From the NCBI RefSeq assembly GCF_964194155.1, contig NC_135885.1, positions 51,212,001-51,276,000 on the forward strand: a stretch of DNA of 64,000 nt, written 5' to 3'. The notes below the pieces were generated by a model that was given only the letters and a program-made list of their open reading frames with translations, was not told the origin of the DNA and ran no database searches. Below, one piece after another: positions 1 through 11,995 of the stretch (its first letter is position 1; each line of letters opens with the position of its first letter). This DNA comes from Cetorhinus maximus (Eukaryota). Both the position numbers and the translations under genes were made by a program.

Positions 1-419
1 TAGTAGTCAAGGTGGAATCACCTATAGGGTCCACACAAACTAACACTGTATTATATTATTATTGACCTTAATATTAATGACCCATGCTCTAGCTATATTG
101 GACAATATTTGTAACCAGATGCCAACAGTGGGAGTTATCATTTTACTAGGACCTTTCTGTGATTGTTGGTGAATTGATTGGTGAACATTGAAAGGAGAAA
201 AAATATCATGCATGATTGAGGGGGTGGGTTCAGGGGGTGGTGGGGTCAGTGGGGGAATAAGGGCCCAGAGACAGGAGAAACACCAGGGTCTATGATTTCT
301 CTCCCTGGTCCTGCATTTGTGAGTGGCTTGCATGTACTTAGCTAGGGGCAGGGCTGAAAACATCAAAGGTGATGCTTTGATCACACCCAATCCTCCACTC
401 ACATCCCATTTCCCCCTCA

Positions 420-1520
420 TCCCACAATCATTTCTGGTTTACAGGCTGCAGATGGCAGAAGCATGCACTTCTCGCTTTCCCCCACTTCCTCATCACAACC
501 ATAGCCTTGTGGCATTCTCCTTTCAGATACCCAAGAATTGTAACTTGCCAGGCAGTGGTAGAACAGGAAGAGATGGAAGACCAGGAATAGATGAAGAGCA
601 AACACTATCACTTGCTTTCACACCAGCCACCAGAAAGAGAAAAAAGAAAGACTTGCATCAATATAATGCCTTCCATGACCATCAGATGTCCCAAAGCGCT
701 TTACAGCCAAATATATACTTTTCAAGTGTAGTCACTGTTGTAATGTATGAAACAGCTCAGATACTGACACTGCACTTACTCTAGAGGGAGCTTAGAGACG
801 GATCTGCATCTGTTGTGACACTGGGCATGAGTGGCCTGCAGCCAGGGTAGAGGACAAAGGGTAGCACAGGTGCCAGCTCACTATAGGGCAAAGTCACACA
901 CAAGCTCTGATACAGAAGACTCAGATGAGGATTAAGAGAAGGCTGAAATGCTGGTTGCATTGGCAGGCCTGCCAGAAAGCTTGCAGTCACTGTCAAAGAG
1001 CATGGAAGCATCCAGCACCAACTTGGCATAAATTTTTGCACAGAGCTTGGAACCCATTCTTTCTAGCACGGAATGGATGGCCAACTCCATGCCTTGGAGA
1101 CCTAACCATGATGCAGCATACGATAGACAAAGCCCAAGCTTCCATTGCAGCACAGGCAGAAACCACCCAACATCTTGGTGTCGCAGTGGATACTCAGATT
1201 GAGGTCAGTTCGTTGTCATGGTAGCTCAGACTTCGCCCATGCAGTGCTGCCACAGAGATTGGAACTGCTGCCATTAAAGTTGCGGAAAGCAGTGTTCAAA
1301 GGGCTTGCAGGGTGTTACAGCAGTTCAACAAACTGTCCTTCAACACATTGCTAGAACTGCTGAGGCACCACCCCAGGGGGAGTGGCAATGCTTCTGTGGA
1401 GACCCAGAGCCACTTGAGGTCTTCCTGCAAGGTCATCTGCAGTTTCCTCCACTGTAAGTTGTAGCCTTTGCAGCTTTGCCTAGAAACACTAGGACAGGAA
1501 AAAACACACAGAAGATGAGC
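420..1520 (+). mobile_element. Probable decayed Harbinger-type accessory-gene region, interrupted by a SINE tail
   Basis: GC-rich degenerate coding-like sequence that reads through (ccaccag...ctcagatactgacact) across the SINE insert at about 633-755. Family assigned by resemblance only. Confidence 0.3.
633..755 (-). mobile_element. Deu-domain (SacSINE1-like) SINE, 3' tail fragment
   Basis: Reverse complement matches the tail of the longer copy at 48433-48880 (gtgactac...gctttggga...atgcaagtc). Confidence 0.7.
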
Positions 1521-1624
1521 ACTAAGAGAATGCAAATGGGAGACTAGTTACCATTTGTATAGGAAATGACATGGTTTTATTTTGCATCCATTTGAGAGGG
1601 CTGATGGGAGCTGAGATTAACATT

Positions 1625-1770
1625 AGAAAGACAGCACCTCCAACATTCCGTCACTCACTCTGTATTGCAGTGAAGTGTCAGCTTAGGTAATGTGCTCAAG
1701 TCTCTGGGTTAGGGCTTAAAATTACCTTCCTCTGACTCAGAAGTCAGAGTGCTCCCAGTGAACCAAGACA
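1625..1770 (-). mobile_element. Deu-domain SINE, 5' tRNA-derived head fragment
   Basis: Reverse complement matches the 5' part of 48433-48880 (ctgagtcaga...gacttgagcaca...ctgacact...ggtgctgtctttc). Confidence 0.65.
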
Positions 1771-2962
1771 GGCATCTGAAATGGAGATGCCTTGGGGAGA
1801 GCTGATAAGCCAATCTTACCCTGAACATTCAATCAATTGCCAGAGAATCTCAGATTTAAAAAAGTTTAGGCTCAGCAGGGATTCAATTATCAACCCATGC
1901 CATTTACAGCAATTGCTATTAAGGGACCTTAAATAACTAACTCCAGCTGCTCTATATGGGACTGGAAGGTGACAATAACTATAAATTTCCTGGTTACGGA
2001 ATTGTTCATTCACGGAGGTGACACTGTTCTGGAAGGCTGTGGAAGCTATGTAACTTTTCTAGGAATTTCTGAATGACAGTTGGCAGGCAACAAAAGGTTT
2101 ATGCTTTGCTGGCTCTTGGTGTGGTTCACTGTATGTACATGGAGATACGGATGATCAGTCCAATGGTATTCACCAAATATGCTGTTTCTATCCCTCTGCG
2201 TACAGGTAATTTGTAATACTCCTCTCTGGAATGAATGACAAATCCCTGAGGTCAATAAATGGTCATCCTCAAAAAAGTTGTATTGTTACTTATTTGAACG
2301 GTTGATTAACTGCAAAGCTGGCATTTGAGAGGATCAGAAATGTTGCCATATTGTACAACTAGTTTTTACTTAAACAAGACTGTCTGGTCTGAGTCGAAGG
2401 ACAGCAGACTTTGCAATGTGAGGCGAATAAGTGAACTGCGGTAAATTTGCTGTGGTGTTCTGTATGATGCACATCTGGAGGAGTCTTCATCTGGATATCA
2501 TGGAGGAATGCATGCTTTTTGTGATAAATAGAGAATATTAGCACATTGCAGGCAAGATTATCCTTTCCGGTGGGATTATTTTTATGCGGAATGGGCTAGG
2601 ATTGCTGCCCACCTGACACAGCATTGACCGCAGCAATTCTTCCAGATTCAGTTTCATTTAAATAATGCAGATGGGCTCCGTGCTCTATTCTTGCTTCTGA
2701 TGGGGAAATCAGAACTGGAAGCAAAATAAATGGCATGATGATATACGATTTAAATGCTTGCGTTAGCTTAAGGAGGTAGGCAATCAGCCTTTTACATTGA
2801 TAAACAGGATTAAAAACCTAAGGGACATGCTGGAAAGCATATAGCCCTCAATTTTTTGAGGCATCAGTGGAAGGAGATTGCTATATGGACTAAAGTTCCT
2901 CCTCAAGGATGCCACATATATGTCAGTGCCGAAAGATATTTAATGACATTAACAGGTCAGCT

Positions 2963-3936
2963 ATATTAATGACTTGGAAGAGGGGGCAAGTGTAATGTAT
3001 CCAAATTTGCTGATGATACAAAAATAGGTGGGAGGGCATGTTGTGATGAGGACATAAGGAATCTGCAAGGGGATACAGATAGGTTGGAACAGTGGGCAAA
3101 ACTTGGCAGATGGAGTTTAATGTAGGAAAGTGTGAGGTCATGCACTTTGGTAGGAAGAATCAAAAGGCAGACTATTATTTAAATGGAGAGTGACTCCAAA
3201 AAAGTGCAGCACAGAGGGATCTGGGTGTTCTTGTGCATGAAACACAAAAAGTTAGCATGCAGGTGCAGCAAGTAATGAAGAAGTCAAATGGAATTTTGGC
3301 CTGTATTGCTGGGGGGTTGGAGTTTAAAAATAGGGAAGTCTTGATACAATTGTACAGGGTGTTGGTGAGGCTGCACCTGGAGTACTGTGTACAGTTTTGG
3401 TCCCCATATTTAAGAAAGGATATGCTGGCATTGGAGGAAGTTCAAAAGAGATTCACTAGGCTGATTCCTGGGATGAAGGTGTTGACTTATCAAGAACGGC
3501 TAAACAGGTTAGGCCTTTATTCATTAGAGTTTAGAAGAATGAGGGGTGATCTTATTGAAACCTACAAGATTCTGAGGGGGCTTGACAGGGTCGATGTTGA
3601 GAAGATGTTTCCACTAGTGGGGGAATCTCGAACTAGGGGACATAGTTACAGAATAAGGGGACACTCATTTAAAACGGAGATGCGAACGAATTTCTTCTTT
3701 CAGAGGGTAGTGAATGTCTGGAATTCTCTACCCCAGAGAGTTGTGGAGGCTAGATCACTGAAAGTATTTAAAGAGGAGGTAGATAGATTTTTGAAATATC
3801 AGGGAGTTGAGGGCTATGAAGAGCTGGCACAAAAGAGGAGTTGAAGCCTGAGGCAGATCAGCCATGATCTTATTGAATGGCAGGACAGGCTTGAGGGGCT
3901 GAATGGCCTACTCCTGCTCCTATTTCTTATGTTCTA
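2963..3936 (+). mobile_element. CR1 LINE, 5'-truncated (RT C-terminus plus 3' UTR)
   Basis: ORF 3233-3844 has LYRVLVRLHLEYCVQFWSP, RGDLIETYKIL and WNSLP; upstream KFADD motif; typical tail gaatggcctactcctgctcctatttcttatgttct. Confidence 0.93.
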
Positions 3937-4344
3937 AAAGGAATCAGCCACAGGCTCCAAGAATATATTTTATTAAGTATGTCAGCTATTTGTCGACTCC
4001 TCATTTTATGCTAAATTGAGTGAATTATCTGACATCAATGCCTTGGAAGAAGAATGGTTCCCTTTAGACCCTCAGGGCGGAATTGTCCCAGATTTGTACA
4101 AAGTGCAGTAGCAGACAGGAAAACTGGTTGCAATGGTGGGCTTTCGCGCCGTATCGTCCCATTCCCAGCGCGTTCCGCCTCATGAATAATGCACTCCTGG
4201 AAAACACGCCGGATCGCTGGTGGGGGGCCTCTGATTCGCCCGCCCCACCGACACCTCAGGCCTCCAGTAATCCGGGTGCCATATTTAATGGCAGCCCTGC
4301 ACAGACCTAGCATGGTCCAAGGGATTGAAAACTGCTGCAAAGTC

Positions 4345-4737
4345 ATGGCTGCCAAAAGGACGAAACATGCTGCCCCCAGATTTAGCAACGCCACCTTTGG
4401 GCACCTACTGGACACAGTGGAGGCCCATCGTGAAGTCCTCTAAGCCCAGCTCTGGGCCAAGGCCAGCAAGCAAGGTCACCAATCCAGCATAGAAGGCAGT
4501 GGCAGTGGTGGTCAGCACCAACGCCCCAACGCTCCATAGGCCGAGGAGGATGCCACTGCCATACAGCAGGACCCCGGAAGCGGGCTGGGGTCCTCCAGGT
4601 CTCGGCCCTCCTGAAGACGCCCGCTAAGGTCATCATAGACAGGGCGTCGCAGTCAGCAGGCTGCCTTCACCTCCACTGTGGATGTCGGGGGAGCACCAAG
4701 ACGTAGCGGCAGGGTTAGGAAGGTTAAGAAGAATTAG
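4345..4737 (+). pseudogene. Harbinger Myb/SANT-like DNA-binding protein remnant (internally deleted, with stops)
   Basis: MAAKRTKHAAPRFSNATFGHLLDTVEAHREVL, then a ...PA*KAVAVVVS motif (Trp mutated to stop) and a basic C-terminus PRRSGRVRKVKKN*; AATAAA near 4792. Confidence 0.7.
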
Positions 4738-5289
4738 TTGCACAGCGTGGGCACGTGTGTTAATCACTTGTACACAATGTTCACTATTGTAAATAAACTC
4801 CCAAGAATGTCTCCTTGTCTATGGCTCCTTGTTCTGATGAGCAGTGTTCGTGTCACTCAGATGTGGAACCTTGGTTCCTACACAAAATAAAGGCTGGAGT
4901 CTCAGTCCAGGACCTCTACCTTGTGCTTTGTGCAGCCTTCTGACCAAAGTGATGGTCCAACCTCACACTCACTGGACACATCACTGATGCCTGCACCTCG
5001 ATGGTGCTGGTCATTGCTGCCAGAATGTTGTGGGCAGGCGTCACAGAGTTCCATCATTCTCTCTGTGTGCTCTCAGCACCTTTAAGGTGGAACTGGCCCC
5101 CATCTCTTCAGCATCTGTGACCAGTGATGCTGTGCTCCTGAAGGGGTCAGGTGCTGAAGGCTGACAAAGGATCAGGTGCATTTAAGGTTTCACGGCTGCA
5201 TCTCCATGATCTGACCCTGATCACAGAGCGCAAGTGGTGCCCTCAGCCAGACAGGAGTCTGTGGCAATGTGAAGATCTATAGACTGTCC

Positions 5290-6475
5290 TCACTGCATGT
5301 CGTCATCATCCCCCACGATTCTTACGGCTTTGAGGGCCTCCCGACCGCGCCTGCCTCATCTGGCCAGCAGTACGATGGCCTCACCGCCGGCATCCTCGCC
5401 TTCAAGGATATCATCGTCATCCCCTTCGATGTCGTCCTCATCAGAGGAAAAGTGCAGCTCCTCCATCTCCTCTTCAGCCAGGTTCTCCTCCTGTTGCAGC
5501 GCCAGGTTGTGGAGCGTGCAGCAAGTGACGATAATGCGTGACATCCTCTGGGGACTATATTGCAGTGCTCCACCAGACCTGTCGAGGCACCAGAACCTCA
5601 TTTTCAAAATGCCAATCATTTGCTCCACCAAAGCCCAGGTCGCGGCATGAGCCTTGTTATACCATCTCTCTGCTGCAGTCTGAGGCTGTCACACAGGCAT
5701 CATCAGTCATGTCCTCTGTGGGTAGCCCTTGTCCCCAAGGAGCCAACCCTGCAACCTCCGTGGATCCTGGAAAATGTCAGGGATCTGAGACCTGCTGAGG
5801 ATGTAGGAGTTGTGGATGCTCCCTGGGAATCATGCACAGACCTGTAGGATGTGTCTGTGGTGGTTGCACAGCAGCTGAACATTGCGGTTAATGTAGTAGA
5901 CTGCTTGTTGCCACAGAGATCTAAATGCTATGTGAGTGCAGTCGACGGCACCCTGCACCTGTGGAAAACCAGAGATCTGCACAAATCCCAGCGCTCTTGC
6001 TTCCTAGCCTTCCTGATCTCAGGCGAAATGCACAAAATTCTGTGCCTTCGCAAAGATGGTCCATGACCTCCTGGATACATTTGTGCGTAGAGACTTGCGA
6101 GATCCTGCATAGGTCACCTGTGGAGCCCTGGAAGTTGCCACTGGTGTAAAAATTGAGTGCCATGGTCACTTTCATGGTCACTGGCAGTGGATGCCCTCCA
6201 TGTCCCCGTGGTGCCAAATCCTGCAGCAGGTGGGATGACACTGGTTCTCATCATCTGCAGAAATGACAGGCACCGTCAATGGTCCCTGAGTCCAGCAAGG
6301 TGCATACAAGCGACGGCTCTCTGTGGATCTTCAGCTGAGTGTGCAGCAGGCCCTGCCGCCTCTTCATCTTGAAGGGGATGCTCCTCCCATTGCTGAGCCA
6401 TGTGCCTCCATCACTCTCTTCTTCTTCTCTGGTCTCTGTAAGCCATAAGGCATATGCTAAATCACCAGGCTCCAT
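5290..6475 (-). pseudogene. Harbinger (HARBI1-like) DDE transposase, frameshifted
   Basis: Fragments LPVTMKVTMALNFYTSGNFQGSTGDLCRISQ and VEQMIGILKMRFWCLDRSGGALQYSPQRMSRIIVTCCTLHN, with an acidic tail ending at TGA 5290. Confidence 0.9.
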
Positions 6476-8100
6476 GATCCTGATGTTGTCCTCCTGAAGG
6501 ATCAAAGAGAGAGACACATGGGTTAGCATACGTGTCCTAAGAACCTCCCTTGGTTATGTCTGAAGGCCCCTTCATGCATGCAGGAGAGTGCTGGTCACCA
6601 CTTGGATGGCCAGTGTGTAGTGCGCTCATTGGCTGTCCGAAGCCCCGCCCACCTCTGACCCACTCCACTTGACCGATTGGCGGCAGCTTTGGCCACTGGA
6701 CTGCATACGTACTCTCAGCTCAGGTGTGGGCATTCTCCTAACCTGCACTGCAAGGCTGTGCTGTTAGCTTGAAACATAATGGATTCTGGTTCAAACTTTA
6801 ATAAAGGCATTGCAAGGGGCTGTGAGCACCTCCACCAGTGATTGCTCCATAGCCAGCTTTCACAAAGGGATTCTACAACTTGCCCAATCGGCCAATTGCT
6901 TTGCTCCCCCGAAAACACACATTAATTTGCAGTCAGCGCCCGAGGGGTGAAAAGTTCTGGAGCATTTGGTGGCACCTTCATGCTTTTGCATTGCTTGAGT
7001 GGGCAGAAAAGCTTCAGAGGCCCAACTCCCAGCATGTCAATGGAGCTGCAGCTGAACGGTCTCAGCTACGGAACAATGCTCACTTTTGATAAGCTTTAAC
7101 AAGTGTGTGGCCACTTCCCCCACCCACACCTCCCCCCACACCCATGGCATGTGCTTCAGTATTTCCTTCGGTCTGTGCTGCCTTGCTCTCCACCCTCTGC
7201 CCCAGGCCTCACCTACACTGGAGCCGTTGCCCCGGCACCGAACTGAAAGCCAGCTGGGAAAAAATGAGTTGCCTATGCCCCTGCCCCCCTCCCTCCCCAC
7301 CGCACCCACCCCCGCAACCCTCCCCCCACTCCCCCACACCCCGGCTTTGAATGCGGGGCATCCCTTCCTTGATATCCTATGGGCAATGCTCATGAACCCT
7401 ACACAAGGTTGTGTGCACTCACCTCAAAGTTCATGTCGCCAGGTGCATGCCTTTTAAAGGGAGTCATGAAGCATGCCGTTCTGAAGTCACGCCGACATGG
7501 AGGGATGATTCTGGTGAGCAGGGCTTATGATGAGATGCAAATGTATTAAAATGATGTTCCTGATGAGCGGCAGGAAATGTGGCAGGCTGGTGATGGGTGG
7601 AGCAGCTGATGGCAAACTGGTTTCACAACAACGTAAAACTGATTTTTGGCCTTCTCACCATATTGTCCCCCCACTACCCACCATGATGCCCGCACCAACA
7701 GGGTCAGAAAATTCCAGCCTCAGCCTTCTTTTCCAAGTGCTCTTTTACCCGTAGCCTTACATACAATCACCACAGTAAAGATCTCATATGGACTCTGATT
7801 GAATGATGGATCATTCCTGTGAGGGGTTACTGGCTGATACCTCAGTTTTTGCAAAGAATCATACTACCCAAAGGTCATTCTAAATTTTTCCACTCTTTGA
7901 CAAGGAGAAGACTGTCAGGATTAACAGGGTGAGAAAGACAAAGATGGGAAGAGCAAAACATTATGAATGCTGGAAATCTGAAATAAGACAGCTAATACTG
8001 GAAATACACAGAATCTGTGGAGAGAAATAGAGTTAATGTTTCAGGTTGATGACCTTTCAACAGCACTGCTATTTTTTTAGAATGAAAAGCAGGGAGGATT

Positions 8101-9246
8101 TGGGCCTGAACTTGCTACGAGTGGCGGAACGCCACTCCACTCTTCGTTTTTTACATTCATTTTTGTCCATCCCGTCTTGCCCGACCTGCCGACTCAGGCC
8201 AGGCGAGATCCGGGCAGTGCAACTCGTCCCTGGGGCCCAGCATCGAGCGCAGCTCTGTTGAAGTGAAGGAGGCCACACCCCCTTTTTTATGGCACTAGCT
8301 GTCGTAAACCAGGTAAGTTAAAGGTCCAGTGAAGTTTAAAGGTCTTTGGCAGGCCAGGGAGAAGGTAAGTGTATAAGTTAAGTGGGTAGAATTTGGAGAG
8401 TGGGTGGAGGACTTAGGGAGTCATCGGGGAGGTTGTGGTTTGGGCTTGTCGGGGGCGGGGCTGTGGTGTCGGACCAGGTCAGGTCGAGTCAGGCCTGGGG
8501 ATGTGGGGTTGAGAGTTGGGTCAGATCGGGCTTGATGGGAGGGGGGGGGGGGGGGGGGAGTGGCGGGTTTGGGTGGGGGTGAGAGTTGGGTCAGGCCTGG
8601 GGGTGCGGGGTTGGGGGTGAGAGTTGAGGGGGATTGTTGGAGGGGGGTCGGGTGGATGGAGAATGGGCCTCAGGTCAATCAGGCCTTGTGGGGGGGGTGC
8701 AGTGTCGGGCCTTCGGAGAGGGGTGGGTGTTAGGCCTCATGAGGAAGTGGGTGCCAGCGGGCCTTGACGGGGGGGCAGGTGGGTGGTGTAGTGTCAAGTT
8801 GGGTCAGGTTGGGCCTGGGGAGGGGTTAGGGTTGAGAGTCAGGCCTGGCGGGGAGGGCAAGGGGAAGAGTCCTAAGGGGTGAGGAATCCCGTGGGTTGGG
8901 GAATTCCTGTCAGCTGGTGTAGTCCCTCGGGGGTTGGGGGAGTCCCATGCGGGAGGTTGGGTGGGGTGGGGGGGAGACCCCTAGGGGGTTGGGGCAGGGG
9001 TAAGAGGTTTTAATTCTTTTAACTTTTTCTGGGTAACTATTAATGTAATCCAGTCGGAACCATCCAAAGTTAGTGATTTAAATCATGTTTTCGAATGGTT
9101 CCCCATGCAGGGCAATTGCCCATCGGAAGTTTGCGCTTTGGGCATTGGCGTGCAAACCTTACCTGGGAACTTCCGAGAGGGGTTCCCCAGTGCATCTTTG
9201 GGGCACTCCCACAATCTAACTCTGGGGAGCTCAGAAGTTACAGCCC
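8101..9246. mobile_element. Non-autonomous Harbinger-like element with a very G-rich interior
   Basis: Ends gggcctgaactt... and ...aagttacagccc form imperfect TIRs; att on both flanks; it interrupts Penelope sequence; G-run tract at about 8390-9000. Confidence 0.6.
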
Positions 9247-9514
9247 ATTGACAAAAAGAGATGATGGCACAAGGTGAAGAAGGATGTGGTAATGAAACAA
9301 GTAAAGAAACAAAAGATGGGTCTAGAGGAGGGGTAAATTGAAAAGCAGAATCATCACCAACAACAGCCACCCAAAAACAAAAAAAAACAAAAAGAAAAAA
9401 ATGACAAAGGGACAGTGGTTATGTGTGAAATTGCTGAACTCAGTGTTGAGTCCAGAAAGCTGTAATGTGCCTAATTGGAAGATGAAGTGCTGTTCCTCAA
9501 GTTTATATTGCGGT

Positions 9515-10319
9515 TGTCATGAAAAGATATTAATATCTACAATGTTATTAGAAATTATTTTTAAATTGGAATTGTAGTAAGGTGTGTGTCTGTGTGTGTC
9601 TTAATTGGATTAAAGCCAGCTTGTCTGGGTGTGTTGATGTATAGTAGTTTGAGCTGTTAATTGGGTATACAGTAGGAATAGAAGGTAAAGATTACATTTG
9701 TATTTGTTGAATAAACCATTCAAAAGAATGGGTGAAATCTTGCATCGAGCTAGAAGACGCCAAGCAATTTTTTTTTCAGCTTACTAATAAAATTGGTGGA
9801 ATGAAAGGGTTTATTGTAGGAGAGGTAAAATTTAAAAACCTAGTATTACAATGGAAAATTTACATTCAAAGGGGAAGCTAGGTATGAACAGAAAGGAATT
9901 TGTGTGTGAATCAGAGGCATTTAAGATCTACCCAGCCTGTAAGCCTACACTGTGTCCGCAAAGGAAGTTCATTTTGAACTCGTAAGGTCAAATGTGCTTT
10001 GCCTGGTGTCTGTTTAAAGTCTATGGGTTATTGTTGCCTTGGTGAAGATTTAGCTGGGGGTGATTAATTTGGGGATTTGTTTAAAAGTTATTATGGTAGT
10101 AATTTGTAGACGTGTGTATGTGTTTAAATTTGTTGTTAAATTAATAAATGCTTCATTTAGTTTTATATAAAAAAAAACCTCTTGAGGCTTGGTGGTTTTA
10201 TTTCTGAATTCAGAGCTGCATCTCAAACATACCAATTGAAAATATAGGTAATGACAGTTGTTCAAGTTTCCCTCTGGGATTTAAACAACTCAGCCTTTAC
10301 CAACTGCTGTGTCATAACA
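9515..10319 (+). mobile_element. Solo LTR (Gypsy-like, 805 bp)
   Basis: TGTCATGA...TCATAACA termini, perfect 4-bp TSD CGGT (9511-9514, 10320-10323), AATAAA at 10143-10148. Confidence 0.88.
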
Positions 10320-10504
10320 CGGTTTATTTGAATATTGTAGGAGGTTGAGGAAGAAAGGTCAGAGTGGGATTGGAGCAGAGAATTAAAATAACTGGTGACC
10401 AGAAGCGTGGGGTCACATTTGTGGACTGAACAGAGCTGCTACACAAAACAATCACCCAATCCATGTTTGGTCTTCCCAATGTAGCAGCTAACACAGCAAG
10501 AACA

Positions 10505-10800
10505 GCATATGATGCAATCTATGACTCCTATGCCCTCAAGGAAACTTGCCACTCTGTGAAATTGCGACGTCAGGGCATGCTGCTGCCATGGGAATCTAAT
10601 AAATTGGCTGATTCTAGGAAATATTGCATCTGGAACTTGCTTTATGCATTTATGCACAGTTGATTGGCCAAACCACTCATCTCTCCACTGGCAGCCAGCA
10701 ATGTCGCTACAGCACATAAATTCACAGGCACTAACAATGCAATCCTAACCATGGAGATATACAGTAGATTGTATTGCAGCATATGGTATAACTTATTGAT
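10505..10800 (-). pseudogene. Second, more decayed Harbinger transposase fragment
   Basis: QSTVHKCIKQVPDAIFPRISQFIRFP...FLEGIGVIDC parallels the transposase segment at about 5940-6130. Confidence 0.7.
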
Positions 10801-11329
10801 AGCCTTTCCTATGAAACACATCATCCACAAGTAATGCTGCTGGGTCAGCAGGAGGTAGTAATGTTACAGACTTTATATTCTGGACTGGGAGCATTGCCAG
10901 ATGTGTGCTAAATGCCTACTGAGGCGCCTGTCCAGTTTGGTTTCTCTGTTGTTATTCTTAATCTACTTCCAAAAACAAAAATACTAGGGTACCTCTAATG
11001 AGAAACCCATTGGGATCCTATGACCTGAGAAAAAGGGCAACAAATGGGAGTCCCACAGTGGAAAGCATAAAGGTAGATGGCAAAGCAGTAGTCAGTGATG
11101 AGAAAAAATAAAAATTCTGGCACTCAGGCCAGAAATCAAAATTTTGCAAAACCTCTTAAAGTGTCTGAAATTTTCTCCTATCTTTCTGATAGCACTGAAT
11201 ACCTATTGCAGCTGCAAATGTGCTATTGGATTTCTTATAATTGTCAAAGGCTCAATTTATGTCTTGATTCAGTGTTAATCTGTGTCTGTGTACAATGTGA
11301 AATGATCAGACAGCTCAGCTTAATGCAAT

Positions 11330-11650
11330 ATAGCGCAGCGCACTTTATCTCGGTATCAGGCGCTGGACAGAGTTGCACATGCGCACTTGGTTCGCACTGT
11401 ATCCGCCAGCACATGCGTAGTTTTCCCAGCTGTTGATGTTGCTGTGCGCCTGTTCAGCCAATACCGGTACTGCTTGCGATCGCAAGGTGATGTTCCTCTC
11501 TCTGCGGCGCCGGTCACTCCCGCTTCCGCCTCTCGCTCGCTGCAACTCAAGGAGCGTCCCTGACCCTCTGCCTCCTCCTGCCCTGCACAGTGCTCGGGTC
11601 TCCAGCCTTTACCAGTCACAGTCCATCCAGGGTCTGTCTCACTAGGTTAA
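11330..11650 (+). promoter_or_regulatory. CpG-rich promoter-like segment
   Basis: High CpG density in otherwise CpG-poor DNA; NRF1-like gcacatgcgca and gcacatgcgta, CCAAT near 11458, ETS-like cttccg at 11523-11528, 14-bp palindrome at 11473-11486. Direction is inferred. Confidence 0.55.
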
Positions 11651-11995
11651 CATCCGGCTTTGAATTGAAACACCCATTTCATGCAGCTGGCCTGAAGACT
11701 ACTATAGTCAGCAGTTGTAATACAAAGATATTATTGTGGAGCTGCGCAACTTAGTTTGGTGAAGTTAAATTTGCAGTCACTGAAAACTGATGCAGCACTG
11801 TTTGCAGTTTCCAGTTCAATGTTTATTTTTTTCCCTGCTGTGACATTGCAAAATGGACCATTTAATACAAAGATCAGTGTTTCTGCTCAAACCCACTGCA
11901 CTCCCCACTCCCCCACCTTCAAGATTCAGCATACCGTTCTCTAACTCGGCAGACCTGCTCCTTCCCTCGTTAGACCTGCTTCATCTCTGATGCAA

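Larger units (their letters stand above)
4075..7719. mobile_element. PIF/Harbinger DNA transposon, structurally complete but decayed
   Basis: Imperfect TIRs (gggcggaattgtc vs reverse complement of right end ggctggaattttc, 10/13), 3-bp TSD TCA at 4072-4074 and 7720-7722, and convergent Myb/SANT-like and transposase remnants. Confidence 0.85.
7950..10490 (-). mobile_element. Penelope-like element remnant split by two later insertions
   Basis: Terminal-repeat sequence at 7950-8100, continuation at 9250-9510, and GIY-YIG-like YIGKTKHGLGDCFV at about 10440-10485. Confidence 0.7.

Noticed and set aside
3233-3844. Longest ORF (203 aa) as a host gene
   Set aside because: It is the C-terminal part of CR1 ORF2 in a 5'-truncated copy.
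5290-6475. Domesticated HARBI1 gene
   Set aside because: Multiple frameshifts and stops, and it lies within TIRs and a TSD.
7037-8882. Gly/Pro-rich ORFs
   Set aside because: By-products of G/C-run low-complexity transposon interiors.
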